From Phoronis australis (taxonomy: Eukaryota; Animalia; Phoronida): 64,000 nt of DNA. The notes under the pieces are model-generated. The model was not told where the DNA came from. It saw only the letters and a program-made list of their open reading frames with translations, and did no database searches. The position numbers were made by a program, and so were the translations under genes. Positions 1 to 12,150 of this stretch are shown piece by piece; within the stretch, counting starts at the first letter, position 1, and every line of letters begins with the position of its first letter. The stretch spans positions 371,955 to 435,954 of the forward strand of contig NMRA01000180.1 in assembly GCA_002633005.1 (NCBI GenBank), written 5' to 3'.

Positions 1-238
1 TTTGTTTTTAATTCTATGTTTCTGTGGTGCTTTAAGCAACTGGTGTATAGGATGTGCTTGTATTATGAAGATTACTCACATTTTGCCCCTAGCCTATTGA
101 GGAGACAATGACCATGCCTTTCCATTTTGCAAAGTATGCCCTCTACTGGCCACTTTATGGTACCAATAAACAACCCTAGAAGGATACCGTATGCGGTGCA
201 ATTGTGGGCGCATTTCAACGCTCCGCGTTGCTCTTGTT
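1..238 (+). mobile_element. 3' end of a non-autonomous Helentron (HINE/DINE-1-like) element in a CPSF4 intron
   Basis: Subterminal IR TGTGGGCGCAT (203-213), hairpin CAACGC-tcc-GCGTTG (216-230) and T-rich end. 15-238 reads identical to 51519-51742. Confidence 0.8.
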
Positions 239-718
239 AAGTTTGTTGGGCATAGTTTGAAAGAAAATTGGTTTTATTATCTAAGTTTATAGTTTTGGCT
301 TCTCAAATGTTGATGATTGCTAGGTGGAGCAGTGATCAGCCTGTACCACTTACAGATTGTCTGTAGAACGTGAGCTCATACATTTAAGTATGTCTTGTGT
401 AGTTTTCAGTGGGTTCTATATTTTTGTCAAGTGTTTGTATGACTTCTCACTTTGTGTGATACAGAAATAGAAATTAAATTGTGAGAACTCAGAAGCCATT
501 CATTCTATTAAATACCAATGAAATGACTCGCTGACATTTTTCTTTACATACTATCATTCTGTTACAAAAAATGCTCTGCTTGCACATAATTTTCAATCTT
601 CAAAGATTTTGTCTTTAATCCTGCTTTGTAAATGCTTAATTTCAAATCAGATCAAAAAGAGGCATTTACCTATGATCTATAGGTTATGTACTATGAATTT
701 CCGTGACTTCTGTTGCAG

Positions 719-814
719 GGGAGTGTAGCAACAAGGAGTGCCCGTTCCTCCACATAGATCCCGAAAGTAAAATCAAGGATTGTCCGTGGTATGACAGAGG
801 ATTCTGCCGGCATG
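719..814 (+). CDS. CPSF4: CPSF4 exon (CCCH zinc fingers 3/4)
   Basis: tgcag|GG...CATG|gtaagt; encodes [33 protein letters not shown]. Confidence 0.96.
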
Positions 815-3800
815 GTAAGTCAAGATGCATTGTTACCAAGTGAGTTTTATAGTTGAAGCGTGTTTGCCAGAAATTTCCGAAAGAGGCTGCCACCAAGACA
901 AAGCCTCCATGAGGATCTTTCATAAAGAAAATTTGAAAATTCTCCCATGAGGTCTCTTGGTATCATTTCACGTGTCTGGTATGTGCGTAAATTGTGGACA
1001 AATTGTCTTTCTCATTTTTTATCTTTAAGAGAATTTTAAGTTTGTCACTTGTCAACTACATTGTCAGACTTCCCTAATGATAGCTAAGTTGCCGTCAAAA
1101 TGAAACCTTCCTCTTGCAACATACCTCAAAAGCCCGTGACCGGATAAACACACTGTTTGCAGCAACACAAGTTTCTGAAAGATCCCCGCCACTTTTTTCA
1201 GAAAATCCTGGGAGTTCTTTTCGAGTGTAAAGTCGGTGCAAAATTGAGGTTATCCTGGGTAAGATAAAATGTTTACATGACTTCACCACTGTTTTGTTGA
1301 TGTGAAAGATAATTGGTGGGTATTGCTGAATGTTCTGAACTTGTTCCTGATATTTTCTTTTTCTGTGTTCAGCGCTCGACGCGTACCCTTAACGCCTAGT
1401 CGCATTTGGCAAAAATCCCAGGTCGCCAAACGAATTCTGATGTTGCCAAAACTGAACATCTCTGGCACTGACGAATTCTTAGATTTCCTATTCGGCATAA
1501 ACTTTTGTCCACCAAAAAAACATACGGCAGTAATGCCATCCATTCTCCTTATATTTCTCAAATTTTCCCCGTAAACGTGACAAATGTGCTGAATTCACAA
1601 AATCAACTGAACAATTGTGAATCGAAGGCAATAAATCTAGGAAAACTGTTTGTAATTTAAAGTTTGGAAGTCAACACATATCTTCAAACAAATTTAGAGG
1701 AAATGATTGTCGAACTTTGATACTCATAGTGGCGACTGGGTATTTTTCCCAGGTCGCCAAACATAATCTGAGGTCGCATTGTAACCTGCAGGTCGCCAAA
1801 TCGAGTGCTGATCTTTGTTTATTGATAATTTTACGACTAGATGTTTGTGGGACAGTGCTGAACTAGGAAGTTGGCATTCCAAGCAGAATGAAACTAACTA
1901 ATGAAGCCCTACTTTTCCAGTTAACAGACTGTTAGGTGACAATATATCCGGCAAATCTCTGTCCCAAAAAGCTATCTTCGCATTTGGGCATAAGAAAGGT
2001 TGATTGTCAGAGTTGTATGTCACGTTCCAACAGTAAAGGCACCTAATAGTAACTTGCCTTGCTTGCTGACCCAATTGCTTGTCAACGTAATGTTGTTGAT
2101 ATTCCAGGCCCCAACTGTAAAAACCGTCACGTCCGCCGTGTTTTGTGTTTGAACTATCTTTGTGGGTTCTGCCCAGAAGGGCCACAGTGTAAATATCAAC
2201 AGTGAGTATTCACTCCCTTGAGCGTTAAGGAAGTACATTCTGTAGCAGCTTGAACCACATAAGCAATCCAAATGTTTTCCTTTCCTAATTGGATCCCACT
2301 AATTAGACTTGCTGCCTTCTGTACAAGTTGCTTACATCGCCATGAAAATTTACGGTGTTCTGTGTTAGAAGTGACCTCCTCTCAACCAATAAATGCAATT
2401 TTTGACAAAGGAAGAACACAGTGTTAACAGTTTTCTCGTACAACTGAATTATTTAAAGTTTAATTGGACTAGAAAACCATGCAGAAAAGCAGTTTAAGTT
2501 TGCATGCTTTGTCTTCCATTGTTAACGCGCAGGAAGACATTGGAATGTGATGTATTCATGTTTTTTGCTACAATACATGACAACAGTAAGTGCACAAAAT
2601 ATGGTGTCCCCATCATAACAGCTAATTCTGTTAGAAGCAAAAATGTCTAGTAGTAACTTTTTGTGTTACAGAATGACTTAGTCACCCAACTAAGTTACCT
2701 GTTAATTCCCCTTCATTTCCCGGTCATCAGGGGAGACTACTCTGTCGATGAATTCAGCTTCCGCCCAGTCATCATGAGGAATTCCTAGTCATTTTACCTG
2801 AATGCTTTTGCGTGTATTGTACAGATTTTCTGAAACAAATTCGTGCTTGAATATTTTCAGGTGTTTGTACGGAAATGAGCATCCGCCTAATCGCTCACTC
2901 ATTTCCGTGTAAATTATTTGACATATCGTTCAAGAAAGAAGCTGTTTTTCACATTTAAGGAGTGCATGCATCTAATTACGGGTTTAAAAGTACGTCTAAT
3001 CTTTTTTTACAGCCCCAAATACGACCTGCCCTCTCTGGATGACATGAGAAAGACAAAGTTATATATTGTCTGCCATCACTGTAATGAACCTGGACACAAA
3101 ATAAGTCAGTGTCCTTTACTTCCTGATGACACCAAGATAAAGATGAGCATACCAGTATGTACAGGATTAAGTAGATTAAACAGTATTAAAGTGGAACTTG
3201 CATGCTAATTCCTTATCTCTGTGATTGCTTGGCCAAATTAGTTAGACACACAACATATAGCGACGATGTGAATTTGAAGTAGGTTGAAAATTGCCAAATG
3301 TTTTTAAGAACGAGTTTTGTGGTGAATCGTGTCCAGTAAGTATTGTGAGGTGGTGCTGGGGAATAACACTGCTTGATGCGGGCTATGTGAGCCCGCGAGG
3401 TTCGTCATTAGTGCAAAGGTCACATATTTACATATTTCTTTTGTTTTCACATTAACAGGCTGTCAATGAATACAACTGTTCTTTGGTTAGGGTAGATGAT
3501 GCATTGTCATTTAGCTCCTGCTATACATTAGCATTCATGACAGCATTTCCCCGTTCAGTGACTAAACCAGACGTAGGGGGCGGTGAGCATGTGATAACAT
3601 CTAGCTTCTTTGTTAACTGCCAAGCACCGTCTTTTGTCTGGTATGACAACAAGCAGGCCAATTATATACCAGACCAGGTGTGAACACAGTCAAACCAAGA
3701 GTGAATTGGTGTATTCGGAAAGAATCGATTGTCGTAACTTTGGTTGCAGTTGGGCGATTTTGGCGATTCAAAAACTAAACATGATCACCATATGACGAAG

Positions 3801-6800
3801 ATTTCAGAAATCCTCTTTGTTTATGTTCAAAGATGTTATAACTTAACAGCGAAGCCCAGTCAGGCTAGATACGATCTTATTGGAGATTAGAGCAATTATC
3901 AAACAAAAAAGAGCTGGCCCTCCAACCATAAATGCCAGAATGGAGTTAATGAGTCGTGTAAGATATTGGCTACAGGGGTAAACTTCCCAACTTGTTGTTG
4001 GGCTATAGAATCGAACAAGCTGGGAGCTATGGGAAAATGCCGTAATGGTTAGGAGCATGAAAATACATCTTCAAACACTTGTTTCAGATGGATTTGACTT
4101 ATGCTGCACCCCGTGGCAGCCTCTTTATTTTATATATTACATGATACAATAACCGAGATATTCTATTGTTTGATATGACATTACGTGAGCTCCTAACAAA
4201 CTCCCCTAGAAGCATACTGTTTGTGGTGTGGTCTTAAATGTGTCGGCAATCTTGGACATTCTAGAGGAAATAGTGAGGTGTGAGTAAATTTCTTAGCACA
4301 GGAATATGGCATCTATGAAATCGACCGACTTGCAAGTGATTAAGAATTTTTAACTTAACGATGTTCATTGATTTTGCTGCTTTTCAATGATTTTTTTGCC
4401 AAAGTTTTTTTGCTCATTTTGTGCTACCTTCCTGTATAACCAGTTTATTGCTTAGAAAGTGGTATTTTTGTATGTTGGCTTTGCTATATCCCTCTATTCC
4501 TGTGTCAGAAAAGGGCACTGAATTTNACATTAGCATTCATGACAGCATTTCCCCATTCAGTGACTAAACCAGACGTAGGGGACGGTGAGCATGTGATAAC
4601 ATCTAGCTTCTTTGTTAACTGCCAAGCACCGTCTTTTGTCTGGTATGACAACAAGCAGGCCAATTATCTACCAGACCAGGTGTGAACACAGTCAAACCAA
4701 GAGTGAATTGGTGTATTCGGAAAGAATAGATTGTCGTAACTTTGGTTGCAGTTGGGCAATTTTGGCGATTCAAAAACTAAACATGATCACCATATGACGA
4801 AGATTTCAGAAATGCTCTTTGTTTATGTTCAAAGATGTTATAACTTAACAGCGAAGCCCAGTCAGGCTAGATACGATTTTATTGGAGATTAGAGCAATTT
4901 TCAAACAAAAAAGAGCTGGCCCTCCAACCATAAATGCCAGAATGGAGTTAATGAGTCGTGTAAGATATTGGCTACAGGGGTAAGCTTCCCAACTTGTTGT
5001 TGGACTATAGAATCGAACAAGTTGGGAGCTATGGGAAAATGCCGTAATGGTTAGGAGCATGCAAATACATCTTCAAACACTTGTTTCAGATGGATTTGAC
5101 TTATGCTGCACCCCGTGGCAGCCTCTTTTTTATATATTACATGATACAATAACCGAGATATTCTATTGTTTGATATGACATTACGTGAGCTCCTAACAAA
5201 CTCCCCTAGAAGCATACTGTTTGTGGTGTGGTCTTAAATGTGCCGGCAATCTTGGACATTCTAGAGGAAATAGTGAGGTGTGAGTAAATTTCTTAGCACA
5301 GGAATGTGGCATCTATGAAATCGACCGACTTGCAAGTGATGTTCATTGATTTTGCTGCTTTTCAATGATTTTTTTGCCAAACGCTTTTTGCTCATTTTGT
5401 GCTACCTCCCTGTATAACCAGTTTATTGCTTAGAAAGGGGTATTATTGTATGTTGGCTTTGCAATATCCCTCTATTCCTGTGTCAGAAAAAGGGCACTGA
5501 ATTTCAGCATTTGTACAGAAATGAAGGTGAAAATGAAAATGAGGTTTTGTGACCTCGTATGGGCAAAAACTCTAAAAACAGTTGACCAACGCATAGATTA
5601 ACTATTTCTAAAACTATTTCGCCATGTTTAGCTGGCTAAAAACAAAAGTGGAATTGGGCGTTTTACTCTCGTAAAATAGGTCTAATAATATTCCTTACCA
5701 TGATATTCTATTTCTGTTTCCAACAAGAACATTGGAACCAACGGCGACTCAAGAAAACCCTTTAGACTTCACTGGGATTGGCCAGCCCTAATATTGCGAA
5801 TTGGAAAACGGCCCATAGGCACTTTGCCTGTAACTTGAGTTGGTAACGGAAATGTAATCCTGTCACTGTAAGGAATAATGTGAGTTTCAGATTATGGGGG
5901 TAAAACATTTGACCCGGTTTTTGTTGTGTAACCAGCTAAACAGGATGAAACACAGCCTTAATTTGTTTGTTCATTTGCAACAAATTTCTTCGGTAGACGG
6001 TAAGTGGCACTGCAACCAGTCAAGTTGGCAGCACGACACAACCAACAGTCAATGGTCAACCACAGATGTTCAATCCGCGAATGAGATTTATTCAGCCATT
6101 TGTACACCGTAATCTGCAAGACGTCACATGCTTCAAGGTAAGCACTCAGTAATGAACGCAGTTAGGTAATTAGTACTTAATGAGCTTAAATTTGTTAGCA
6201 AAACAATATTCCATCTTTTCTGAAGCGAAGTGGTGTTTTAAGAAAAGTCTTTAGAATGGTTTATAAGATGTCTTGGACCCCTCCAAAATAACACAGATAT
6301 ATATTCTGTGAAAATACTTCTTGTCATAACGAGTTGATCCCCTTGTCTGATCCCATAATCTCACCACAGGTTGTTTTTGCTTATCTTCCACTGACCCTGT
6401 TTTGTTTTGTTTTTTTCTACCATTTGCTGACCTGATTGGTTGATTTGTGACGTAACGCGTAGATTCTGTAAATGCTAGAACCTCATGAAAATGCAAGATC
6501 ACGCGAGATATCGTCATGTATTACAAGCAAATCACGTGATTGCACTAGCTTTACTCACGAGGTTCTCGCGTCTATAGAAATCTTCCCAAGTCTCAGAAAG
6601 GTGTCCGATTTGGTGATTAGCCTCTAAACAGTGTCTGCACTGCTCAAAACTGTCGCACTGTTCCATCCAGTTGCTAAGTGTGCAGATGTACTAGCATTTC
6701 TTCTCTCAGTTGGTGAGATGTTATTTCAAAGCCTCTGCTCCTTGGGGGATAGTTAAGCATTACTAATTCACTTGTCAAGCCTGTTTGATGTTGTCATATT

Positions 6801-7619
6801 TATGATGTAAATTTAACTTAAAGCTACTTTTCATCCTGTTTAGCTGGTTAAAAACGAAAATCGAATTGGGTATTTTGCTCTCATAAAGTAGATCTCATAA
6901 CATTCCTTAGGATAAGATTCTATTTTCATCTCTGAAACCAGTCTCAGGCCATGCGTATAAGCTCAATTTTAGGGTTGGCCAGTGCCTAAAAACTTGATGT
7001 GTTTTCTTGAGTCACTGATGGTTTCTTGTAAGTGAGAAACCATCAGTGACTTAGAAGACACAAGTTTTTAGGCACTGGCCAACCCTAAAATTGCACTTGT
7101 ACACATGGCCTGTGACTTGAGTTGGTAACGGAAATAGAATCCTCGGTAAGGAATGTTAGAGGACTGATTTTATGAAAGTAAAAGGCCTAATTCAATTTTC
7201 GTTTTCAGCCAGCTCAACAAGATTAAATCCAGCTGTAAGTTTGTTTGTTTCCTTTGTGCAAACGTTCATAAGGTATGCACACAACTCAAAAAAATATTTT
7301 TAATGTGACAAGATTGGCCAGTTTTGTACCACAGATATACTATCGGACAAAATTTTGAGAAATTGTTGGCACTCACAACAATGTTAGAAGCCATTGAAAA
7401 ATGCAAAAAATAGCAATGGATTTTATTGTAGTAAGAGGGTAATCAGATCATTATCATTGTCACTGGGGTTACATGATCTTACATAATCCACTTCTTGGTA
7501 ACCTGCACTGTCTTATGTTTCAGTGTGGTGAAAAAGGTCACTATGCCAACAAGTGTACTAAGGGGCACCTGGCATTTTTATCACAGAAAGCTGGAAGCGT
7601 GCCTACATCAGAGATGTGA
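719..7619 (+). CDS. CPSF4: Cleavage and polyadenylation specificity factor subunit 4 (CPSF30/Clipper), 5'-partial spliced gene, 5 exons visible
   Basis: Exons 719-814, 2108-2201, 3013-3154, 5997-6137 and 7524-7619 all have AG/GT boundaries and join in frame. Translation includes [53 protein letters not shown] and [25 protein letters not shown], the CCCH fingers and C-terminal knuckle characteristic of CPSF30. Confidence 0.96.
1370..1810 (+). mobile_element. MITE with CAG-starting short TIRs (hAT-like), family copy 1
   Basis: Ends CAGCGCTCGA...TCGAGTGCTG; internal repeated CCCAGGTCGCCAAAC; homologous to 16463-16835 (inverted) and about 26880-27075. Confidence 0.7.
2108..2201 (+). CDS. CPSF4: CPSF4 exon (CCCH zinc fingers 4/5)
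   Basis: ttccag|GC...CA|gtgagt; encodes [31 protein letters not shown]. Confidence 0.95.
2590..2810 (+). repeat. Dispersed repeat family of about 220-250 bp; inverted copies near 8880-9095, 12670-12900 and 18060-18315
   Basis: Core ggtcatcaggggagactactctgtcgatgaattcagcttccgccc recurs as reverse complement, e.g. gggtggaagctgaactcattgtcagagtagtctcccctgatggcc at about 8904. Confidence 0.65.
3013..3154 (+). CDS. CPSF4: CPSF4 exon (first CCHC knuckle)
   Basis: tttacag|C...CCA|gtatgt; encodes [47 protein letters not shown]. Confidence 0.92.
3525..5504. repeat. Near-identical 1-kb tandem duplication split by a single N (3525-4525 / 4527-5504); probable uncollapsed haplotypes
   Basis: N at 4526 sits exactly at the junction; scattered SNPs and a 22-bp indel. 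Confidence 0.9.
5608..5961. mobile_element. Palindromic MITE (Kolobok-like TTAA/AG..CT ends), copy 1
   Basis: TGTTTAGCTGG near the left end and CCAGCTAAACA near the right end; homologous to 6818-7238 and about 36497-36830. Confidence 0.6.
5997..6137 (+). CDS. CPSF4: CPSF4 exon (linker and start of second knuckle)
   Basis: cggtag|ACG...AAG|gtaagc; phase 0-0; ends [11 protein letters not shown]. Confidence 0.88.
6818..7238. mobile_element. Palindromic MITE (Kolobok-like), copy 2, a near full-length foldback
   Basis: Arms AATTTTAGGGTTGGCCAGTGCCTAAAAACTTG / CAAGTTTTTAGGCACTGGCCAACCCTAAAATT and central AGTCACTGATGGTTTCT / AGAAACCATCAGTGACT. Confidence 0.72.
7524..7619 (+). CDS. CPSF4: CPSF4 terminal coding exon
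   Basis: tttcag|TGT...; encodes [31 protein letters not shown] followed by TGA. Confidence 0.95.
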   Translation, partial: CGEKGHYANKCTKGHLAFLSQKAGSVPTSEM

Positions 7620-8237
7620 ATCCAGTGACATCACTTAGTGTATCAAGAACTTCACAATGGAGTGCCACACGTGTGTGAATGACCAGTGTGGGGCCACTAT
7701 CCCCTGGCAGTATGTCAAATAGACCCGTTTGTGCCTACTAAATTTTCTTTGTTGCATGAATGTCACGGGATGCATTCGGTTGGAAATTGATAACTCTGAC
7801 AAATGCTGTTAGGCCATGAGCAGCATAGGTGCTGCTGTGGCATTCCCACGAGCCCAAGGACAATATTGTGGATGACCTGTGTAAGCTTACTACAGTGACA
7901 TTTTCTGTAATACCATTAGTTACTGAATAGAGTCGCATTATCAGAATTGGTCCAGGCGAGGCAAACAAACTGTGCAGTGTTATATCGACAAGTCCGAGCT
8001 TAATCATAGATTACGCCATTGACCTGCCATGCTTCATTCACACGTGTCTGATCGTTTCAAACAGGTGACAAGACAGAGTCCTCTGTTGAGCTATTTCATA
8101 GCACAAATGATAATGGGAAAAACTAGCTTGACACAATTTGATTGCGTTTGAAAGTTTCGTTTAGTGCCTGATGTTAGGATCAAGTTTCTATAAGTCACGC
8201 GCTGTCCACGTGTTAAATTGTTCACAATTAGAAAATG

Positions 8238-8248
8238 AATAAAATAAA
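8238..8248 (+). terminator. Candidate polyadenylation signal for CPSF4 (two overlapping AATAAA)
   Basis: AATAAAATAAA about 620 nt after the stop codon, followed by GT/T-rich sequence; usage not demonstrated. Confidence 0.45.
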
Positions 8249-8322
8249 GATATTTTAAAGGTGTTATGGATTTGAGGTTATTGTTTATCCATACATACAT
8301 GCGTCAACTGATTGTGAAGTCT

Positions 8323-8630
8323 GCTACATGCTACCCTTGTCCTTCTATGTACAATGTAGATCTGTATTGCTAGAGCTACATGCTACCCTTGTCCTCCGTA
8401 CAATGTAGATCTGTATTGCTAGAGCTACATGCTACCCTTGTCCTTCTCTGTACATTGTAGATCTGTATTGCTAGAGCTACATGCTACCCTTGTCCTTCTC
8501 TGTACAATGTAGATCTGTATTGCTAGAGCTACATGCTACCCTTGTCCTTCTCCGTACAATGTAGATCTGTATTGCTAGAGCTACATGCTACCCTTGTCCT
8601 TCTCTGTACAATGTAGATCTGTATTGCTAG
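8323..8630 (+). repeat. 52-bp minisatellite, 6 copies
   Basis: Unit gctacatgctacccttgtccttctctgtacaatgtagatctgtattgctaga starting at 8323, 8375, 8424, 8476, 8528 and 8580. Confidence 0.95.
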
Positions 8631-11600
8631 TGCCACAAGTGCATCGTAAAACCGCTTTTACGCTTTTGTTGACAACGAAAGTGGGACAGAGATGGCTGAC
8701 TATTGTTGTGTTTGCATATTCTGTGCCCTGATTGACGTGTTGGACCTATCCAGTCCCAAGACTTAAGTAATTTGTATTTGTTTATACCAAAATTGCCTAG
8801 CTAAGCCTTTGGTTTGGCTTTTGAATGATGCTGGTTATTGTGTTGTGGTCAAAATTGCTCAAGAGGGAGTGTAGGTTACGCGGAATTACAGGTCATGATG
8901 GCTGGGTGGAAGCTGAACTCATTGTCAGAGTAGTCTCCCCTGATGGCCGAGAATGAAGGAGAATTAACAGGTGATTAAGCCATTCTGTAATTAGAATTTG
9001 GCCGATCTATCAGTTACTACCAGTAATTTTTGCTGTTGACTGAATTAGCCATCAAAATGAGAAAACGTTATTTTGATTACTTTTGTCTTGTACTGGATAT
9101 GGTTTAAATTGCAGCTTAATTAGATTGGTGTGCATAGTACATATGTTCATTATAAACACAAGCACCATGATAGATTGTTACAATGCAAATATTGGAGTTG
9201 GAGTGCTGTCCATGTTGCCAGTGGATGACTCGGTATTCACTGTTTGATCCTGATGGAGAAATGTCCCTCTTTTTTGAAATATCCAATTCAGAATAAAAAA
9301 ATCTGGAGCATTCTCGGTACCTGAATGCATCCATTTTTACGAGCAGGGGCCACCAAGGAGTTTCGAGCTTCACGTGTCGCAAGGAATGATTTGTGAATAT
9401 CAAGGCGTTCGCGGCCAGCGTGAATAAATTCCACCTTATGACAAGCTTTATTTTTAAATTAGGAAGATTCCTCATCAGATAAGGTCACATATTGGTTGGA
9501 ACAAACTGATGGGATATTTAGACGTATGGTTCAATGCACAAGCCACCTGGACAACTCTGCTAACGCACTCCTGAACACGACTCCTAGACCTGTGAACTCG
9601 GCCCTCTGATACGTAATCTTGCGCACCCGAAAAGCATGGCTCCCAGACCACAACCGTGGCTCACAAACTGCAAGCAGGACTGCAGTACTTACTAACGTGT
9701 CTCGCAGACATCCCTTGGTTCATGCTACTCTTATCTACAGCGTGCTAATTGTTGCATACACACCACTACATTGTACTTATGTTGTTCATTTGTATTTACA
9801 ACCTGGAAATGCATTTAAAATAACACCCTTTTAGAAAGATAGCATAACTGTTTATAACCTCAGTAATTGTACAGACTTATCTGAAGGATGGAAGTTCAAG
9901 CAATGGTGATAAAAGGAACTCTTAATTTCCTAAACACGTTTTTCAAACAGAAAGCTCAGCTTTATGAGTCGGTCTACACAGTTTACTGAGCCATGTTCAT
10001 GGGTGTGTGAGCTGTGTTATTCAAGTAGCTTGCAATATATAGGGTTTAATTTTCATCTCAAGATGGCAAGATTGACGAAATCACACGAGTTGATTGTCGT
10101 TTCAAACATATTACTGTCGTAAATAAGTGGAGACAAGATAAGCAGAGAATATGTAAACAACGTTTTTATTGAAAGCAAATCCAGACGATGTACATTTCAA
10201 TATGGTTGAGAAAATATACAGACAAAACAAAGTCAAAAATTGGCAAAGCAACATAGTTGCCTGAAGACTGGCCATCAAAGCAATCGACGGCAGTTGTTGA
10301 ATATATGCTCCTCTGCACCCACACGCTAGCTATGAAGGTGGGCAATTCAAATTCACCCACAGCCCAGCAAGTTATGAAATTATGCATTCTAAACATGGAA
10401 AATCCAACATGGTTCTAAAATTCATTGGGGGTTGTACATATGATACTATTGGAATTCTTCACCCACTCCGCAAACAGTAGAGGACAACTGAAATTTTACT
10501 TTGCCACACTTCTTAACAAAAACAAAAATTATGGTAATTTTTGTTAATATTTCAAAAGTTTGTACTGGGTAGATATCACAAAACAACATTTGCCAGTTTC
10601 CATTATTTACTGCATGTTAACCATTGGAAAATGTTGTGAATTGTTTTTGCAAGAAACAAGTGGAGAATAGGACTACATAAATGAAACGAGTTGAGAACAA
10701 AAGTACACATATAAAGCGACACAGTTTTGCACTTTTTGCTCAACGTCAAATTTACTGCATCACTACAAGACTAGTTAAGTAAGCACACATCCAAATCCTC
10801 TCCAAACATTGTGATAAGGCTTACATCTTAAATAGCCGACAATTTCTCAAATAAATTTTTGACACACGTAGCATGCCAACAGATATTACTAGGCTAACAT
10901 CTAACTACATGTACTACGCTGTATTGCCCTCGTATCATATCGAGTTCACACACAACGAAATTAACATCTTGTTAATTACATTTGCATTTTCCTGCAAGCC
11001 CCAACAGCTGATCGAAAATGGATTTACATTCGTTTCGTTGCGCTTATTGTTATTTTTAAGCATAGGAATACGAAACCTCACAAAATAAATGGGTATCCAA
11101 CCATCATCTTTGAAAACTAGCGAGTTGCTTGTTCTAGTACAGACCCATTCACGCAAGTTTAGTTTTGCAATTTTCTTTGAAAATTGAAAACACATGCAAA
11201 AATGCAGATTATGGTGAAATCTCAAAAATTTCAGACAAACGTAAGAGCCAAAACTGGTCTTTTTCATTTTTTGAAGGTTTCTGACAAAGTTATGAATGCC
11301 CACAACTTCTCAGAATCATTAGCTAGTGGTTGTTCTGATATAGATCTTAAAAATTTTATTGCATTTATTTTGTGCTACTTATTTTTATAAAAACATGAAA
11401 AAATAAAATTTTACTTGTCAACCACATTGTGTCCTAAATCCTATGATTTTACCGTAGCAGTGTTCACTACAATAAAAACTTTGCACACAATAGTCGGGGG
11501 AAAAAACAGACTCAAGTGATCGGCCCCAATATTTGCATAACACATCTCAAAACCTTACAGTGCAATTACTTTCGTCATGCACCCTAACACTAGTTAATTT

Positions 11601-12084
11601 GCAATTTATTTAAAAAACAAGATATTGACAAAATCACAGCAACACAGGTACATGACGACGAAATCTGTGTAACACAGGCAAAACTGAGCAATGCTCAAGT
11701 CTTCGTTGCAAAATCTTTACAAGCTCCTGTGTCCGTCAAGGAGTGTTCTAATGGGAAGTACAACTTGCGAATAAGTCTTGACTCTTAAGTGAACAACCCT
11801 ACGCACTAGTTGGTTATGACAAAAATTCTTCAGTTTGGCACAAAATATGGCGGACAAGTGAAATTTCCTTAAGTTAAACATCTCACCAAGAAATAACTTT
11901 TCAGGAACACTCACTCAATTGCTTTAATAGTGGTTGGTATGGCATAGCTATTAAAAGCTCGTAAAATGTTGAGCTTTTGCAACAATGTGGCAAGGTTATG
12001 AAAAATAGAAATATGCCAAGTTTACAAAATATTTTCATCCCAAATTGAAGAATTTTTCCACATATAATGGGTAATTAGAAATGC

Positions 12085-12150
12085 ACCTGGCAGAGTTGGT
12101 GAAGCAATTGCACCTGTACAAATTAACCATGAGTTCAGGTCCCGTGTGAA
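12085..12150 (+). mobile_element. Possible tRNA-derived SINE head (degenerate)
   Basis: A-box-like TGGCAGAGTTGGT and B-box-like GAGTTCAGGTCCC at tRNA-like spacing; no complete cloverleaf. Confidence 0.35.

Noticed and set aside
3525-5504. Tandem pair of small genes (61-aa and 71-aa ORFs, each twice)
   Set aside because: Intronic sequence duplicated at a single-N junction; no recognisable protein features; most simply an uncollapsed haplotype.
8323-8630. 52-bp repeat array as a CRISPR array
   Set aside because: Units are contiguous with no unique spacers, the context is eukaryotic, and there are no cas genes. The same applies to 62041-62165 and 63164-63321.
12085-12150. Functional tRNA gene (also 35395-35470)
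   Set aside because: Only A/B-box-like motifs; acceptor and anticodon stems do not pair properly.
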